This document shows positions 61,891-64,000 of a DNA stretch of 64,000 nt, piece by piece (the first letter of the stretch is position 1; each line of letters starts with the position of its first letter). The notes beneath the pieces are model-generated. The model was given only the letters and a program-made list of their open reading frames with translations, did no database searches and was not told where the DNA came from. The position numbers were made by a program, and so were the translations under genes. Source of the DNA: Hypanus sabinus (lineage: Eukaryota); contig NC_082731.1 in NCBI RefSeq assembly GCF_030144855.1, positions 20,398,001 to 20,462,000 of the forward strand, given 5' to 3'.

Positions 61891-62482
61891 CCCTTCCACC
61901 TCAGAATATCTTGGACGCCATCAGAAACATCCCGAAACCAGGGATGCCACCAGGGAGGCAATCTACCATCAGGATCTCCTGATTGCGTCCACAGAATCGT
62001 CTATCTGACCCCCTAACTATCGAATCCCCTATCACTACTGCTTTCCACTTCCTTTTCCCTACCGTTCTGAGCTGCAGGGCCGGACCCTGTGCCAGAGGCA
62101 CGGCCACTGTTGCTTCCTCCAGGTAGGGTGTCCCCTCCTAGTGTACTCAAAGAGGAGTACTTATTGTCAAGGTGTACTGCCACTGGGGTACTCTCTCGTA
62201 CCTGACTCTTCCCATACCCCTCCTAACCGTGACCCACCTGTCTGCCTCCCGTGGCCCCGGTGTGACAACCTGCCTGTAACTGCTCTCTAACACCACCTCA
62301 CTCTCTCTGACCAGAAAAAGATAATCGAGCTGCAGCTCCAGCTCCCTAACACGGTCCCTTAGGAGCTGCAGCTCAGCGCACCTGGTGCAAATGCGGACGT
62401 CAGGGAGGCTAGGAGACTCCAGGACCTCCCACATCCGACACCGAGAACAACAAGCTGCCCTCACACTCATACAATGCAACAA
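61891..62482 (-). mobile_element. CR1 LINE ORF1 fragment (zinc-finger-like, coiled coil, SGNH esterase); probable 5' UTR extends towards about 63230
   Basis: ORF 62147..62482 CCSRCRMWE...CTRCAELQLLRDRVRELELQL; ORF 61901..62107 KAVVIGDSIVRGSDRRFCG. Confidence 0.85.
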
Positions 62483-63249
62483 ATACTACAAATACAAACA
62501 CTTTAGTGTCACCAAACAATTGATACTAGAGCGTACAATCATCACAGTGAATTTTGTTTCTGCGCTTCGCGTTCCCTGAAATACAAATCGAGGTAAAATA
62601 ATAAAAAAAATAAATTATATTTCATAATTAGAAAATAGAAAAGGGACTGTACGGTAGTGCATGTCAGGTCCAGATATGTGGAAGTTACGTCCCAGATCCG
62701 GATCAGGATCTGTTCAGCAGTCATATCACAGTTGGAAAGAAGCTGTTCCCAAATCTGGCATGCTTCTGAACCTTCTCCCGGAGGGAAGTGGGACATAAAG
62801 TGTGTTGGCTGGTTAGGACTTATCCTTGATTATACTGGCAGCACTGCTCCGACAGCGTGTGGTGTAAGGTGAGTCCAAGGATGGAAGATTGGTTTATGTG
62901 ATGTGCTGGGTTAGGTTCATGATCTTCTGCAGCTTCTTCCAGTCTTCCCCCTTCCCTCAAATAACAGGAAAAACTGAAACCTAAACCTACCTTGCATTGC
63001 CCGTTTCCGCCTAAGTCCGTTGAGCCAAAGCCCTTAAGCCTGCACTTTGTTTCCGGCTCGCTCCGCTGCCCGCAAACGGCGCTGCCTGCTGTATAAGGCT
63101 GTGTCCTTTTTAAGTCTTCTCCGCTTCACTGCCCGAAGTCACACATCTGCGCAGTCCCGCCACTCTTAACTCCGATGAGAAGAAGAAAAAATCAAAATGG
63201 CTCCCGCCGCTCTCCCGTTCTGATCCTCCGAGTTCCTTTTACTTTGCTG

Positions 63250-63430
63250 CTTCCCCTGGAAAGAGAGAGGTTTAACTACTAGAGAATGGAGGTACAAAGA
63301 CAAGGAGCTGACTATGCTTCAATCGGTCAGCAAATAAGGAGGCAACAGGCATACGCATAAAGCTGCATTTCTAATGTCTGTTGTTCACATTTCTGGACAA
63401 ACTCTCTGCTCAGCATTTTGAAGATAGCTA
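63250..63430 (+). mobile_element. Isolated fragment of the ERV-cassette env-position sequence
   Basis: Paralogous to 9395-9570 and 46800-46970 (cccctggaaagagagag...caatcggtcagcaaa...ctctctgctcagcattttgaag). Confidence 0.7.
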
Positions 63431-63449
63431 TTGGGGGGGGGGGGGGGAA

Positions 63450-64000
63450 GGGTGTTTAAACTAAATTTGCAGAGGGATGGGAAACGGAGTGCCAGAATAG
63501 ATAGTGGAACGGGTGCGAAAATAAATGATGTTGAAGTTTGTTGCAAAGTCACAAATAGATGCGTTGTGAGTGGTGGCAATAATCTTCTGAGGTGTGTCTA
63601 TTTCAATGCGAGGAGTATTGTGGGGAATGCTGACGAACTGAGGGCGTGGATTGACACGTGGAATTATGACGTTGCAGCCATTAGTGAAACTTGGCTACAG
63701 GCCGGGCCGGAGTGGCAGCTTAATGTTCTAAGTTTCCGACGTTTCAGACGTGATAGAGGCAGAGGGATGAAGGGTCGGGGGGTGGTGGTGGCATTGCTAG
63801 TCAGGGAAGGTGTTACTGCGGTGCTCAGGCAGGACAGGTTAGAGGGCTTGTCTGCAGAGGCCATATGGGTGGAGCAGAGAAACAGGAAAGGTATGACGAG
63901 ATAAATGGGTTGTATTATAGATCACCCAATAGTCAGCGAGAATTGGAGGAGCAAATCTGCAGAGAGATAGCAGACAACTCCAGAAAACATAACGTTGCGA
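63450..64000 (+). mobile_element. CR1 LINE, start of ORF2 endonuclease (runs off the window)
   Basis: CVYFNARSIVGNADELRAWIDTWNYDVAAISETWLQ; closely similar to 2013-2345. Confidence 0.88.

Noticed and set aside
1-64000. D, J or C segments, or 12-RSS
   Set aside because: No FGxG J motif with an upstream RSS and no C-domain exon were noticed; a manual scan could miss degenerate ones.

Overview
Vertebrate genomic DNA, most likely from a cartilaginous fish (inferred from the repeat families and V-gene style), with three short N gaps. The window is part of a translocon-type T-cell receptor V array. It holds seven same-strand TCR alpha/delta-type V segments of one family. Six have a 46-nt leader exon, an 86-87-nt intron, an open V exon and a 23-bp-spacer RSS; one lacks the leader. 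I saw no D, J or C segments. The V genes sit in a tandemly amplified cassette: GA-rich spacer, CCAAT promoter, leader, V, RSS, CTCF-like motif and E-box, then a decayed class-I-like endogenous retrovirus (protease, tether/RNase H, integrase, unassigned env-position DNA, polypurine tract, LTR). The retrovirus lacks gag and the RT polymerase domain in every copy. One cassette has no V, and one V is fused to retroviral DNA. Younger insertions punctuate the array: a Penelope-like element with a degenerate minimal hammerhead, several CR1 LINEs, a two-LTR Gypsy nested in a CR1, a near-intact full-length L1 with a 17-bp TSD, a tRNA-derived SINE and a Tc1 transposon. All alignments and motif matches were made by eye.
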